A DNA stretch of 64,000 nt from Octopus sinensis (Eukaryota). This document shows, piece after piece, positions 41,147 to 54,229 of this stretch. The stretch covers positions 78,244,001 to 78,308,000 of the forward strand of contig NC_043005.1 in NCBI RefSeq assembly GCF_006345805.1, in the 5' to 3' direction. The notes under the pieces are model-generated. The model saw nothing but the letters and a program-made list of their open reading frames with translations. It was not told the origin of the DNA and did no database searches. Within the stretch, counting starts at the first letter, position 1; every line of letters begins with the position of its first letter. The position numbers and the translations under genes were made by a program.

Positions 41147-42255
41147 ATTTCTAGCATGTCGAACAATTACGTAGACGCTCTCTTTTTGACTTTGTAACTA
41201 CTTCATTAAAAAGGGAGATGCAAAAAATCGACCCTAGAGATATTTGAGACTGCAATGCTTGAATTGAGGTATCTGGCTGCACATTCCAGCGAGGCGACTT
41301 TATCTAAAGTGCCTCCGGTATTTAAGACAGCACGGTATGAGTTGAGATATCTGGCTGTTATTTCCAGCAAGGCAAGTGACTACAAAGCGGTTCCCTCTTC
41401 GTTTTGTCATTAACGATAAATAACGCTGTTATTTTATTTCGTTTGTCCTAACCAGTCATCAACGACTTTAATATTTCCTAATGTAACATTTAAAAACAGA
41501 TTAGCCAATGTACAAGGCTATAAACAGAGAAGGAAAGCAAAGATTTATGGGAAAATGATTCCACATAATCGATGATGTTGACAACCAGGTATCATTCGGA
41601 AAAATACAAAATTAATTGCAGTTTTGGGAATCAGAATAAAATGAAACATCAATTTTAGCAATTAGAAGAGTTTGGTTTCCAAGATGGCTGATTAAATACC
41701 CTCTAATAATTTGACGTATCTGCTTCGTGTCTGTTGAGGAAGCATTTTAGATTATCAGCTTTTGACAAGCGAGCTTATATTATAAAATTATAACTCTATA
41801 GCTCCTGTTATCATATATAACTCTATAGCTTCTGCTATCTTATATACAAATAGTTCTGATGCGAATACCATTAAACGTTGTAAAGTATAGGAAATATCGG
41901 TTTGTGTCTACTGAGAAAAGAATATACACGTATCATGCTAAACACAATTTAACGGGAATAAAATTTGATATCGTTTATAGATTTCTCTGTAAAACAGCCA
42001 CAAAATAAAATTAAGCTTATTTCGTGGCTGTTTTACGATTAACTAGGTTAAATTCTTTGTCAGCTGATAACGCTGATGTAGAACAGCAGATTAAATGTTA
42101 TTTCGAGCCCACGTTCAATGCTTAAGTAGTAGTGAAATATGTGTCTCCGAGTTCGAATCCTACCGAAACTTTCTTCTAATATTTTTTTACTTGTTTCAGT
42201 CATTGATCAGCGACCATGCTGTAGCACCGCCTTAAAGGGTTTAGTTAAACAAATC

Positions 42256-42571
42256 CGCAGGAGTGGCTGTGTGGTAAGTAGCTTGCTAACCAACCACATG
42301 GTTCCGGGTTCAGTCCCACTGCTTGGCATCTTGGGCAAGTGTCTTCTGCTATAGCCCCGGGCCGACCAGTGCCTTGTGAGTGGATTTGGTAGACGGAAAC
42401 TGAAAGAAGCCTGTCGTATATATGTATATATACATATGTGTGTATATGTGTTTGTGTGTCTGTGTTTGTCCCACTAGCATTGCTTGACAACCGATGCTGG
42501 TGTGTTTACGTCCCCGTCACTTAGCGGTTCGGCATAAGAGACCGATAGCATAAGTAAAAGAGTAAAAGAGT
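42256..42571 (+). mobile_element. SINE family A, internally deleted near the 3' end
   Basis: Matches family consensus. Confidence 0.9.
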
Positions 42572-43014
42572 AACCCTGGCAATTACCATCATCATCCTCA
42601 TCAACATTATCATTATTATTATTATTATTATTATTATTAAGGCGCCGAGTTGGCAAAGTTGCTGGCACGCTGGAGGACTGCTTAGCGGCATTTCGTCCGT
42701 CGTTACATTCGTAGAATAATATATTTCTTCTAAACGTTCTTTTCCTATAGGTTCATTTATATATTAGAGATATTTTCTTAGTTCTCTTTAAATTCAGCCA
42801 ATTCTAGATTGCTTTGATAACGATGTGTTAGCATATATTTATTTGACTTGCGTTTTATGTCTTTTATCTGAATCGAAATATATTGACACAGCAGAAACGA
42901 TCGTCGGTAATATATCGTGTAATCACCAATTAAAGATGTAATTTCTCCGTTTCTATTCCTGCTGTTTCATGTATATTTTTTAACTTGTTCCAGTCATTAG
43001 ACTGTGGCTATGCA

Positions 43015-43061
<47 letters not shown>

Positions 43062-43221
43062 AAGAGGATAATACCATTATTTAAAATAATGTTTTGTATG
43101 AATACATAACGTGGCTTAAGAGTCAGGTTTTGACTCCTATTTCTGGCATGGTGGTACCTCTCTGCTTCTCTTAATTATAATTATTATTATTATTATTATT
43201 ATATAATTATATTTTATTACA

Positions 43222-43381
<160 letters not shown>

Positions 43382-43872
43382 AGCCAAACATGAACAAAGA
43401 GAAGACACAACAACGCAAGGACGTCTTTGTTGAAAGCATATAAAATATGGGAAGCAATGCTTGTCATCACCACCAACAGAGGAAACGAGAAAGGAATGGG
43501 TATTTCTGAAAAGATGCAGTTTTCATGCAGCATTCAAGCAAGCTGTCCTAAGACACACCACCAGTGTAGTGAACGGATAAAGGTTGGTCCTGCAATATCT
43601 ATGGACGCGTATGTCAAGTGTAGAGCAAATTAGTCACAAGCTGAGTCGCAACTGTAAAGTATAAATTTGACTGAACGCACAGTGTTGTTAATAATGGTCA
43701 GCGATAGTCGTTCTCAGTCATAGATGAAAGTACGGCCATCATCTATGTATGTCTTTAATTATACATACAGTCATATATACGCACATATATACATAATATA
43801 TATTTTTATGTATATCTATATCTATCTATATAGCTATCTATCAAAATAAGATACAAGGATATCCAGAGGTAA

Positions 43873-43959
43873 TGCAGTACGATCGTTTCATGCAACTCCA
43901 TTTAATTGAACAATGCAATCATTATATCAATTTAAAATACAGAGCAATCTTCAGCTGCA
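43873..43959 (-). ncRNA. type I hammerhead motif with long stem II
   Basis: tgcag CTGAAGA ..~58 nt.. GAAA cgatcg TA ctgca; the base of stem II pairs imperfectly. Confidence 0.7.
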
Positions 43960-44090
43960 CAAAGACATAAAATTTAATTAAATTATACACATTAGTATAA
44001 TTATACCTAAAACCTCCGAGAAGTTAAGGAACTAGACAAAGAACATGCTACCTCACTCCAGTTTAGAAGTTACTCTAGAGTATGTCTTTG

Positions 44091-44177
44091 TGCAGCTGAA
44101 GATTGCTCTGCATTTTAAAGTAATGTAATGATTGCATTGTTCAATTAAATGGAATTGCTTGAAACGATCGTACTGCA
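44091..44177 (+). ncRNA. mirror type I hammerhead motif
   Basis: tgcag CTGAAGA (44096-44102) .. GAAA (44161) cgatcg TA ctgca. Confidence 0.7.
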
Positions 44178-44361
44178 TTACCCCTGGATATCCTTGTTGC
44201 TTATTTTGATTTTAATCACCTAACTTTGAAATTGTATGGATAATACCGTACTAAATTCTGGTGCCTCAACTTAAGTACCATATTCATCGGAATCTATATA
44301 GCTATCAATCAATCAATCTATCTGTCTATCTGTCTATTTGTGTGTGGTGGGTGTGTGGTGT

Positions 44362-44422
<61 letters not shown>

Positions 44423-44550
44423 AGGGTTGAACTGAAAGATCACAACAAAGAGAATATGGGGAAACTAGACGAAAACGAACGGACCGGAATTTTAGACAAA
44501 GACACGATAACACAATATTCGCATACACACACACACCACAGATATATATA

Positions 44551-44588
<38 letters not shown>

Positions 44589-44614
44589 TATATATATAAA
44601 ACGTTATTGGTGAA

Positions 44615-46136
44615 TTGAGAAATGGAGCTGAACGCAGATTGAACAGAAAGTTTTTTATTTCATTCTACACGTGTTTCGAAAGGCACAAATTACCAAAATC
44701 CGATTGAATAATGGGACCATATTGTGTCTTTCTCTTCAGGAAGAAAAAAGGAAATCCGCTGGAAAAACAAAAACAGAACAGAGGCGGAGCAAAAGCAAAT
44801 CGAACTATGCTCCTAAGAGCCCATGGCGAAACTGTTTATCAGTGTATGTTGAGAAACGGTGGCTGAAGAATTCAACGGGTCAGGCATCGGTCAATCATGT
44901 GGGTGAGGGTGTATAGATGTTCTTTGTGACCGAGCATAAAGTTCTGACTATTTAAGAATATTGGATGTTTTAAAGGGGCGAGAAAAAATCTACTTAGAGA
45001 CGTGTGTGTGTGTATACTGTTCTATATATGTGTTGTGTTGGCGTAGAGGGTAGAAAAACATTTTGTGTACGTGTGTGCGTTGATCGTTCGGCTGTCATGT
45101 GGCTACTGCCGTGATAACCGTTGGGTGGCAGAAAGAAAAAAATATATATATATATTATGTGTGTGGGTGTTATGCCTGCCTTGTACCCCCGCTGGTGAAA
45201 AAACCAAGCCCCGTTTGTATTACAGGAGTAATTCCCCTTGCAGTGTTATCGAGATTCTTAAAGGCTATTTCGAATTTGTACCAAGGGCTATGGGTGCCGG
45301 TATTATTTATAAACGTAAAAAGCCAGATAGGTTCGCCGCCGGCATCGAAAACCGACTGTAAGAGCCCGTTTTCGGGACGTGAACAAGCGCCAGAAAGACT
45401 CAGTAAGCTAATATACTGAAGGATACGAACTTTAGGCGGAATGTCAATTTGTCGGTGGTCATTGATCAGTTGCAATGTGTCTGCCATATTTTGTTTGCCT
45501 GGTTAAACGGGCTCTTACATCGATGCCCATTGGCGCGTACACTTATGCTTTTAAATAGCGAATACCGGCACCAAGCTTGTAACAAATCGCTTTAAGATAT
45601 CTGATTAACCACTGCGAATTTCCTGTAAGACAACACTGGTTTGCTTGAAAGGCAGGCTTAGATGAACATAAAACGATTTTTTTTTCTTCTGCCCCCAACG
45701 TTTCAAGGCAGTCCCATGACAGCCGATCAACGCACACACGTACACATGTTTCTACCCCTACGCCCATATTATACAGTATCACACACGTCTCTAAGTAGAT
45801 TCTCGCCCCTTATTTCAATATTCCTTAAATTCAGAACTTTATCGGTCACAAAGAACATCTATCAACCCTCCCACATGATTGACGAATGCGACCCGTTGGA
45901 TTCTTCAGACCGGTTATCCATACACTGATAAACAGTTTCGCCATGGGCTCTTAGAGCTGTTCGATTGCTTTTGCTCCGCCTGTTCTGTTTTTGTTTTCCA
46001 GCGGATTTCCTTTTTTCTTCCTAGAGAAAGACACAATATGGTCCAATTCATCGGATTTGGTAATTGGTGTTCGAAACACGTGTAGAATGAAATAAAACGA
46101 TTTCTGTTCAATATGCGTTCAGCTCCATTTCTCAAT
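44615..46136. repeat. ~1.5 kb imperfect fold-back of a probable PLE 3' end
   Basis: 44615 to ~45385 aligns inverted to ~45490-46136, with indels increasing toward the centre; (TA)n abuts the left end and lies ~130 bp past the right end. Confidence 0.9.
44659..44745 (-). ncRNA. type I hammerhead motif with long stem II
   Basis: Minus strand: ttcttc CTGAAGA gaaagacacaa..ttgtgcctttc GAAA cacgtg TA gaatgaa. The mirror at ~46015-46091 (+) has a deleted core (CTAGA). Confidence 0.8.
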
Positions 46137-46288
46137 ACAATAATTTAATTTATTATATAAATATTGCAACGCCAGATGGTTATATCCAAACCGTGCGTTT
46201 ACTGCTGTATTTGCTATAATATCGGTAAATTTGATAATCTACTACAAGATATTCATCTTTCTATTCACATAATATATATATATATATA

Positions 46289-46332
<44 letters not shown>

Positions 46333-46811
46333 GTATATATGAACAATGCCGACATCATTATATGAGATGTATATATTAGATAGGTCATTATAAGTGGATT
46401 GCTTTTGTAGTAATAAATTTTACGATATACGCCAACGCAGTGTTTCAAGTGAGTACTTCATCTTCTGTATCACACGCACACACACACGCACACACACGCA
46501 CACACGCACACTCACACACACATACATTATAAATGCGTACTGTTCAATGGAATTATAATTATTCTACAATTCAATAAATGAAAGCCAAGGCACTTCTTCA
46601 GTGCTTTCTTCGACCTGGATTGGCCTGATGTTTTACAACTAATTGGTGAATTAATTAAAAGATACATCAAACAATGGTGGTAGTAGTTGATGTTCGAAAA
46701 GACGACTACACTTCAAAAATATAGAAAATTCTAATTTGCGAGATGCTTTGATGAAATTATTCATCTTTGCATCCTCTGCTACAAGGGTATCCAGAGGTAA
46801 TGCAATACGAT

Positions 46812-47085
46812 CTGCTACCACCTGTGTCATCTCTTGTGAAAGGTAAGAGAGTCCAGTTTGCTGGACATTGTTGTAGAGCTGAAAAAGAGGTAAATTTCTA
46901 CTCTTCTCCTCTGGAAGCCATCTACTCGCAAACCAGGGGCGCACACTCTCCTACCCTGATGTAATCTCCAGGGATACAGGCATCCAGCAACAGGACCTCC
47001 GTAATGCCATGATGGACCGTGAAGTCTGGCGTAGCATGGTAAATTCCATTGTCTCGACCATGGTCGAACAATGATGATGATGATG
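46812..47085 (+). mobile_element. RTE-clade LINE 3' fragment with (TGA)n tail
   Basis: LPPVSSLVKGKRVQFAGHCCR..DLRNAMMDREVWRSMV; same family as 60660-61005. Confidence 0.85.
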
Positions 47086-47119
47086 CTACATTCATACCTA
47101 TTCTGTTAGGGCAATATTC

Positions 47120-47295
47120 GGCGAACTGGCAGAATCGTTAGCACGCTGGGCGAAAACCTAAGCGGTTTTTCGCCCGTCGCTATGTTCTGAGTTCAAATTT
47201 CACCGAGGTCGACTATGCCTTTCATCCTTTCTGGGTCGATGTAATAGGCTTAACCCCTCCCACCACATTTCAGGCCTTGTAGCTTTAATAGAAAG
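47120..47295 (+). mobile_element. SINE family B
   Basis: Consensus head and central block. Confidence 0.8.
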
Positions 47296-47340
<45 letters not shown>

Positions 47341-47350
47341 CATTATTATT

Positions 47351-49275
47351 CAGTAGTTTTATTTTTATAGCGTGCTTTCACTTCACTACCGAGCGCAGCT
47401 CTGTGTGCCTTGGTTACATGCTGTGATTTGTTGTGATGCTCTGATGGTTACTGTATTGAAAGTGTTTTGCGTAGGATGTGTGCAGTTCCTAGTAGTGTAA
47501 TTTTCTGTATGTTATATGTGTTTGTAAGTCCTGGTGTTTTTGTTATGTATTTGACAGAATATTTTTTTATCATGCCTAATGCACCTACTATGAATCAGTT
47601 TTTAGATTCCACATTCTAGTTACCTCTATTTCTAGGTCTTTGTATTCTAAAAGTTTCTCCATTTCTTTTATAGACACGTTGTCATCTGCTGGTATTGATA
47701 CATCAATTAGAAAGCATTTTTTTCCTTCATGATCTCTGTTAACTATATCTGGCTGTTGGCCTTAATTTCTCTATCTGTGTGTATTCTCGTTTTCTGTGAC
47801 CTTTTCTGGTGTGTGCCTATACCATCTTTTTTTTGTTGTTATTCCATAATGTTGGCATAGCTTCCAGTGTATGTAGGTCCCAACTCTGTCGTGTCTGTAA
47901 ATATATTCCTTCTTAGCCAGGACTGGGCAGCCAGAGATAATATGATTTATTGTTTCTTGTCCATCTCCACATATTCTGCGGTTACTTGAAATATTTCTTT
48001 TCATTACATGTTTTTGGTAATTCCTGGTGGGGAGGCTTTGGTCTTGTGCTGCAATTAAAAATCCCCCTGTCTCTGCTTTGAGTCCTGAGCTTCTCAACCA
48101 TTGCTGGGATTTTTCTTTGTCTATTTCTTTTGCATTTAGTTTAGTCCAGTACTTGCCATGAAGGGGCTTTTCTTGCCATCGCTTTATCATCGTCCGTTAC
48201 TGTTCTAGTTTTAGTTTTGATTTCATTTGTTTTATAGCTTTTGTTGTGTTTTCTTCTTCTTCTTCTTCTTCTTCTTCTTCTTCTTCGTCTTCTTCTTCTT
48301 CTTCTTCTTCTTCTTCTTCTTCTTCTTCTTCTTCTTCTTCATATTTGTTAGGTGGTATGATTTCTTGTTTGTATTTGCCAGCTTCCTTAAATACTGAGAA
48401 CAGTTTTTTGTTTTGCTCGTGTTTTGCCGCTAATTGTATCAGTTTTCCTTGCTTTTGACGTAGGTATTTTTGCAGTCCTGTGGTAGTCATTTTATAATAG
48501 TTTTCCAGCTGTATAAGGCCTCTACCATCTTCTATACGTTGTATATATAGCCTTTCTATGTCAGATTTTGGGTGATGCGTCCTAGATCCTGTCATTATTT
48601 TTCTTGTTTTCCTATCTATTTTGGTTAGTTCATTTAGCGTCCAGTTAAGGATATTGTAGCTGTAACTTATAACTGGGTCGGCTAAAGTGTTAATTCCTAT
48701 TATCTTGTTTTTAGCATTGAGCTCTGTTTTTAGTATTGATCTAATTCATCTATAGTATTCTTTCTTTATTTTCTCTTTCATTTGTGTATGTTGTGTCTTA
48801 TCTAGTTCATGGATTCCTAAATATTTGTAAGTTTGGCTTTGGTCTAATTCTCTTATTTCATTGGCCTTATCTAGTGTGATGTTGCTACTATTAACTAGTT
48901 TTCCTCTTTTCTGGGTTACTTTGGCACATTTTTCTAATCCAAATTTCATATCTATTTCTTTGGTAAATCCATGAACTGTCTATAGTAGTGTTTCCAGCTG
49001 TTTGTCATTTGTAGCGTATAGTTTTAGGTCATCCATATATAAAAGGTGGCTGATCGTTTTGCCGTAACATTTATATCCGCATCCAGTTCTATTTAGCATA
49101 TCATATAGAGATGACAGTGCAAAGCAGAAAAGGAGTGGAGAGAGTGTGTCTCCCTGGAATATTCCTCTTCTAATGGGGATGGCTTTGGTTTTCACGAGTC
49201 CCTCTTTTATTTGGAGCTGTAGAACTGTTTGCCATTTATTCATAGAGTGTCCTATGTATTTTATAATTGTTGGTG
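47351..49275 (-). mobile_element. R4/Dong-like LINE, 5'-truncated with frameshifts
   Basis: RT motifs GIFQGDTLSPLLF, YMDDLKL and YKYLG; knuckle RICGDGQETINHIISGC; RHD; REL remnant; (TAA)n-type tracts at both ends. Confidence 0.93.
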
Positions 49276-49324
49276 CTATTATTATTATTATTATTGTTGT
49301 TGTAGTTGTTGTTGTTGTTGTTGT

Positions 49325-49860
49325 CTGAGAGAGCAGTGCATGCCATCAAAGTGACACTGGGGTAAAATATACAATGCTCAATATACCTGTCATGACTGCC
49401 CGTCTTATAAGGGTACACCAGGCACATGCATCACAACCATATGAGTGCGACATGGTGATCTCATATCAAGATAAACAGCGCATAACCTTGCAGGTGGGGG
49501 CTCAGTTAGAAGTTTCTTCAGGTCAAGTAGTCCATACCGCTCAACAGGTTCTTGAATAAGCGTTGTCTAAGGATGTTGAACGAAACACTTATGTTTTCTG
49601 AGGTGAATTATCCGAACACCAAAGAATTCTTCTCAATACATGACTATGATGCTCCCTCAATACTTCTGCTCATGATCAGAGATGCACATATCATCAACCA
49701 CAAAAGGGCATGCTCAACTGGTTAAGGTCAAACTACTGACAAGCTAATCTGTGGTATTGAGCAGAATTCTTGCTGTAGCATCTCTTTTATACCAAGATAA
49801 AACAATGTACATGATAACACTTCCAGTCAGTTAAGAGCAGAATCCATGAGAGCCACTGCT
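49325..49860 (-). mobile_element. TAA-associated non-coding element, copy 2 (slightly 5'-truncated)
   Basis: Aligns to 9469-10021. Confidence 0.85.
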
Positions 49861-49948
49861 TGTAGCTTTATTATCATTATTATCATTATTATTATTATTA
49901 TATTATTATTATTATTATATTATTATTATTATTATTATTATCATCATC

Positions 49949-50010
<62 letters not shown>

Positions 50011-50039
50011 TATTATTATTATTATTATCATCATCATCA

Positions 50040-50098
<59 letters not shown>

Positions 50099-51666
50099 GC
50101 CATCTGAGCACTGGGGTCGATGTAACCGACTAGCCCTTTCCCCTGAAATTTCAGGCCTTGTGCACACGATAGAAAGGATTATTTGGGAGAATCGTTTGGG
50201 AGTCGGGAAAATACGTCCCGGGTCTCTATATTCCGAGTTCAAATCACGCCATGGTCAACTTTGTCTTTCTTCCTGTCAGGGTCGATAGAATAAAGTGACA
50301 GTGAATTACCAGAGCTAATGGTGTCGACTGAACCATAACTCTCGAAATTACTGGCTTTGTGCCTAAATTAGAAATTGGAACGGCACAAAGAAGATGACCA
50401 TGGCTGCTGTGCAAAGACAACACATGAATTCTTGAAGCGTTCTATATGTTTCGTACTTGTAATTCACAAGTTCAACCTTAACACACAATGTGTCCCGCTG
50501 ATACGCATGTCTGTGGAATACTCGACCACTGAGATGTTAATCTAAGACTAGGTTAGTCAGTTGATCGATCAACTGAATCCTCATTGTCCAATGACGGAGA
50601 TCCATCACCATCACCATCTGTATCATTACCATCACCACCACCACGATCACCACCGCCGCCCACAACCACTATTACCACAATCATCATCACCGACAACACC
50701 ACCAACAACACCATCTCCCCGACTACCAACACCATCGTCATCCCCGCCACCAACACCACCTCTGCCACCACCACCATCACCTCCATCGTCACCACCATCT
50801 CTGGCATTTTTGTATATCAGAGTAATTTAAAATTATGTTTTCTGCTCACCATTAATGAGGTCTTCATGAGCAAAAAAAAACCAAAAAAACTCTAAAAAAA
50901 ACAATGCATTTATTTTTCTTTATCTAAAAATAGAATTCATTTCGAATCGAACCATATTGAATTAAATTCAAAATAAATTGAACTGTTCTTATTGGAAACT
51001 GAAATAGATCGGCGATAATATGTGAATGAGATATGCAGATAGATCATTGCTAAGACAGGAAACTAAACTTCCTTTTCTTCCCGGAAACAACAGAAATAGC
51101 TTTTCAATAACGCAGATAATACATACGTACGTGTCTGAAGGCTATTTCTTTCTCTAACTAAAACTGTCATGTGTACGGAGCTGAGGAAACGTTCATTCAT
51201 TCGAGTAGACAGGCTGGCATTCTTTCGTGAACTGAACAAAATATAAAGTCAGCGTGATTAGTAGAAGTAACATGCGAATTTTAATTAATCATTTGGATAC
51301 AGCTTCGCCGATTTTCCAGTTATCTCGTTGACATGGCAACTTATATGTGTCGTGTTATATTCCCGTGTTTAGAAAAATATTTGACTATATCTCTCTTGTT
51401 CAGATTTGGACGTTGGATAGGATGAAGCTCAGAAATTTAGTAAGAATTGTGGAATTTACAAAACTTATTAAAATTAGCTTTAGGAAGTAACAGTCACTTG
51501 CAGTAGTTACTAGCCTGGTGCGGGAGATGGGGGTAGGGTTTCGGATACTTGGGAATTCACAGAAGTAGTAACGAGGGGTGAGTGGGGTTCAATAAACCAC
51601 GATCAATATTTAGATGCCTGATGTGCAAGATGTATAAATTAATCAGTTGTATATAATTATTCGGAA

Positions 51667-51716
<50 letters not shown>

Positions 51717-51723
51717 CTATCTA

Positions 51724-51777
<54 letters not shown>

Positions 51778-51811
51778 ATATATATATATTATATATATAA
51801 TATATATATAT

Positions 51812-52256
51812 AGGAGGGTGTTTATTGGACACCCTGCGAGATGAAAAACAAAACCTGTCAAAGGGCAGAGGAACTCTTGTGAGTCAACGACCATCCAATA
51901 AATGCCTTAAGGCTGTATCATGCACGGGGACATAGAAATAATAAGACTGAATACTTGATCGCGCGGTTAAACCATTGGGAGTGAAGGACTCTTAGACTTT
52001 GTTAGGGCATCCTTCTAGGAGAAGGTAACTCAGGTAACTGGGATAAATCCGAGATAAAACCTGCGGTTCAGTGGTTACCGATGATGTTGACTTGTTCTTT
52101 TCGGATTATGGCTGCTGTTGCTTAGTGAGTGGGATTGACTCAGTGCACAGCCTTTCCTCACTTAAAAAAAAATCTTCTTGCACAGGCATTGCACGATAAC
52201 AACATTGATTAAGCTTCGTGCAATGGCCATACTCGATAACGAGGGGGCAGCCACCA
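51812..52256 (+). mobile_element. probable non-autonomous bipartite RTE derivative
   Basis: RTE-5'UTR-like ggcatccttctaggagaaggtaactc (related motif on the minus strand at ~24005-24035), plus the 3' tail shared with 32369-32415 and (TGTA)n. Confidence 0.5.
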
Positions 52257-52873
52257 TGTATGTATGTATGTATGTGCATATATATATGTGTGTGTGAGTG
52301 TGTATGTATATATGTACGGGTGTATGTATGTATGTATGTGTGTGCGCGTGTGTAAATGTACGCATGCATATATGTACACCATATACGTACATGTATATGT
52401 GTGTATATGTATGTTTTCACTGATTTTGTTTATTTCCCTTCCAGAACATACAAGCCCTCAGTACTTCCATGATATTATGTGTTCAATGTTTAATGATCTT
52501 CAGTACCAGATCAACTCAGATTGATCAAACCTATAATCGATTACAGTTGTGATAATTCTGGTCTTAATTTATGTCAATGACTACATTATCGATTATGTCT
52601 TTGTATTGTAGCAGGGATTCAAACCTTAACGTCTAGATACTCGGTTAGCCACCACGCGTGAGCTATAACAGTTTCACGAGATTGATCTAAAATCGACCGA
52701 TCAGCGTGAAGCTGTGGCTTTCTCGAATGTTCTATTATTTACTCTCTTATAAAAGTAGCAACCAAATTTCCTTCATGTCTCAATATGAGGGAGATTTGGT
52801 TGCTACCCTAACAAGCTGCCTTTCTATATATACTAATTAGCATTCCAAACTCATCAACTTACTGTGTTGAATT

Positions 52874-53248
52874 ACTCTTTTACTTGTTTCAGTCATTTGA
52901 CTGTGGACATGCTGGAGCACCGCCTTTAGTCGAGCAAATCCACCCCAGGACTTATTCTTTGTAAGCCTAGTACTTATTTTATCGGTCTCTTTTGCCGAAC
53001 CGCTAAGTTACGGGGACGTAAACACACCAGCATCGGTTGTCAAGCGATGTTGGGGGGACAAACACAGACACAAACGTATAAACATACACATACATATATA
53101 TATATATATATATACATACATACGATGGGCTTCGTTCAGTTTCCTTCTACCAAATCCACTCATAAGGCTTTGGTCGGCCCGAGGCTATAGTAGAAGACAC
53201 TTGCCCAAGGTGTCACGCAGTGGGACTGAACCCGGAACCATGTGGTTC
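52874..53248 (-). mobile_element. SINE family A
   Basis: Matches family consensus; head truncated. Confidence 0.9.
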
Positions 53249-53589
53249 GAGGTAATTTTTTTTTTGCTTTTGTCTTACTGAGCATTACATACTCATATGT
53301 ATGAAAAGAGTTAAAATTTATTTAAACTTCAAAAAAAAAACATAAACCAAATTTCTAGAAGAATAGTGCTACAAAAAGAAATTAAACTCTGTGAGAGCAT
53401 TTCTTGTGTGTGTGTATTAATTCAAATTAACACTGAAAAAGAACGAACGAATTTATCTGACAACCTAATGGTTTGTACACGTAGATAGCGTTACACAAGC
53501 AACTGGTCCAATCAGAAGCGAAATGCTGCAGGAGGTTATTACGTCACGTGCATGTATGTGCGTGTGTTTGTGTTTGCTTGTGTGTGTAA

Positions 53590-53893
53590 CCCCGAGCCGA
53601 CCAATGCCTTGTGAGTGGATTTGGTAGACGGAAACTGAAAGAAGCCTGTCGTATATATGTATATATATATATGTATGTGTGTGTATATGTTTGTGTGTCT
53701 GTGTTGTCCCCCTAGCATTGCTTGACAGCCGATGCTGTGTGTGTTTACATCCCCGTCACTTAGCGGTTCGGTAAAAGAGACCGATAGAAGAAAGGTACTG
53801 GGCTTACAAAGAATAAGTCCCGGGGTCGATTTGCTCGACTAAAGGCGGTGCTCCAGCATGGCCGCAGTCAAATGACTGAAACAAGTAAAAGAG
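53590..53893 (+). mobile_element. SINE family A, 5'-truncated
   Basis: Matches family consensus. Confidence 0.9.
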
Positions 53894-54001
53894 TAATATA
53901 TATAAAGGGAGAGAGAGAAAGAAAAGAAGGAGAGAGAAAGAGAGAGAGAGTCTAAAGTGATACCAATTATTTTGTTATTTTGCCTGTTCATTTATTCTGT
54001 C

Positions 54002-54033
<32 letters not shown>

Positions 54034-54229
54034 ATGTGTGCGTGAGTATCTACATATATATATACCACATGCCTATGTAAGCATACATATATGTGTATGT
54101 ATGTATATTTGCATGAATGCATATGTGCATGTACGTACTTATGTTTTGTGTGTGTAACAACGCGTGCATATACCTTACATAAGCAACGTATATGCAAGTA
54201 TATGAAGTTTTAGTCAAGTTAAACATGCA

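Larger units (their letters stand above)
43841..44209. repeat. fold-back element: ~129 bp arms, ~111 bp spacer
   Basis: 43841-43969 is the reverse complement of 44081-44209 with scattered mismatches. Confidence 0.95.

Noticed and set aside
50553-50895. Pro/Thr/His-rich ORFs
   Set aside because: Degenerate (CAC/CAT)n low-complexity tract with no splice or homology support.
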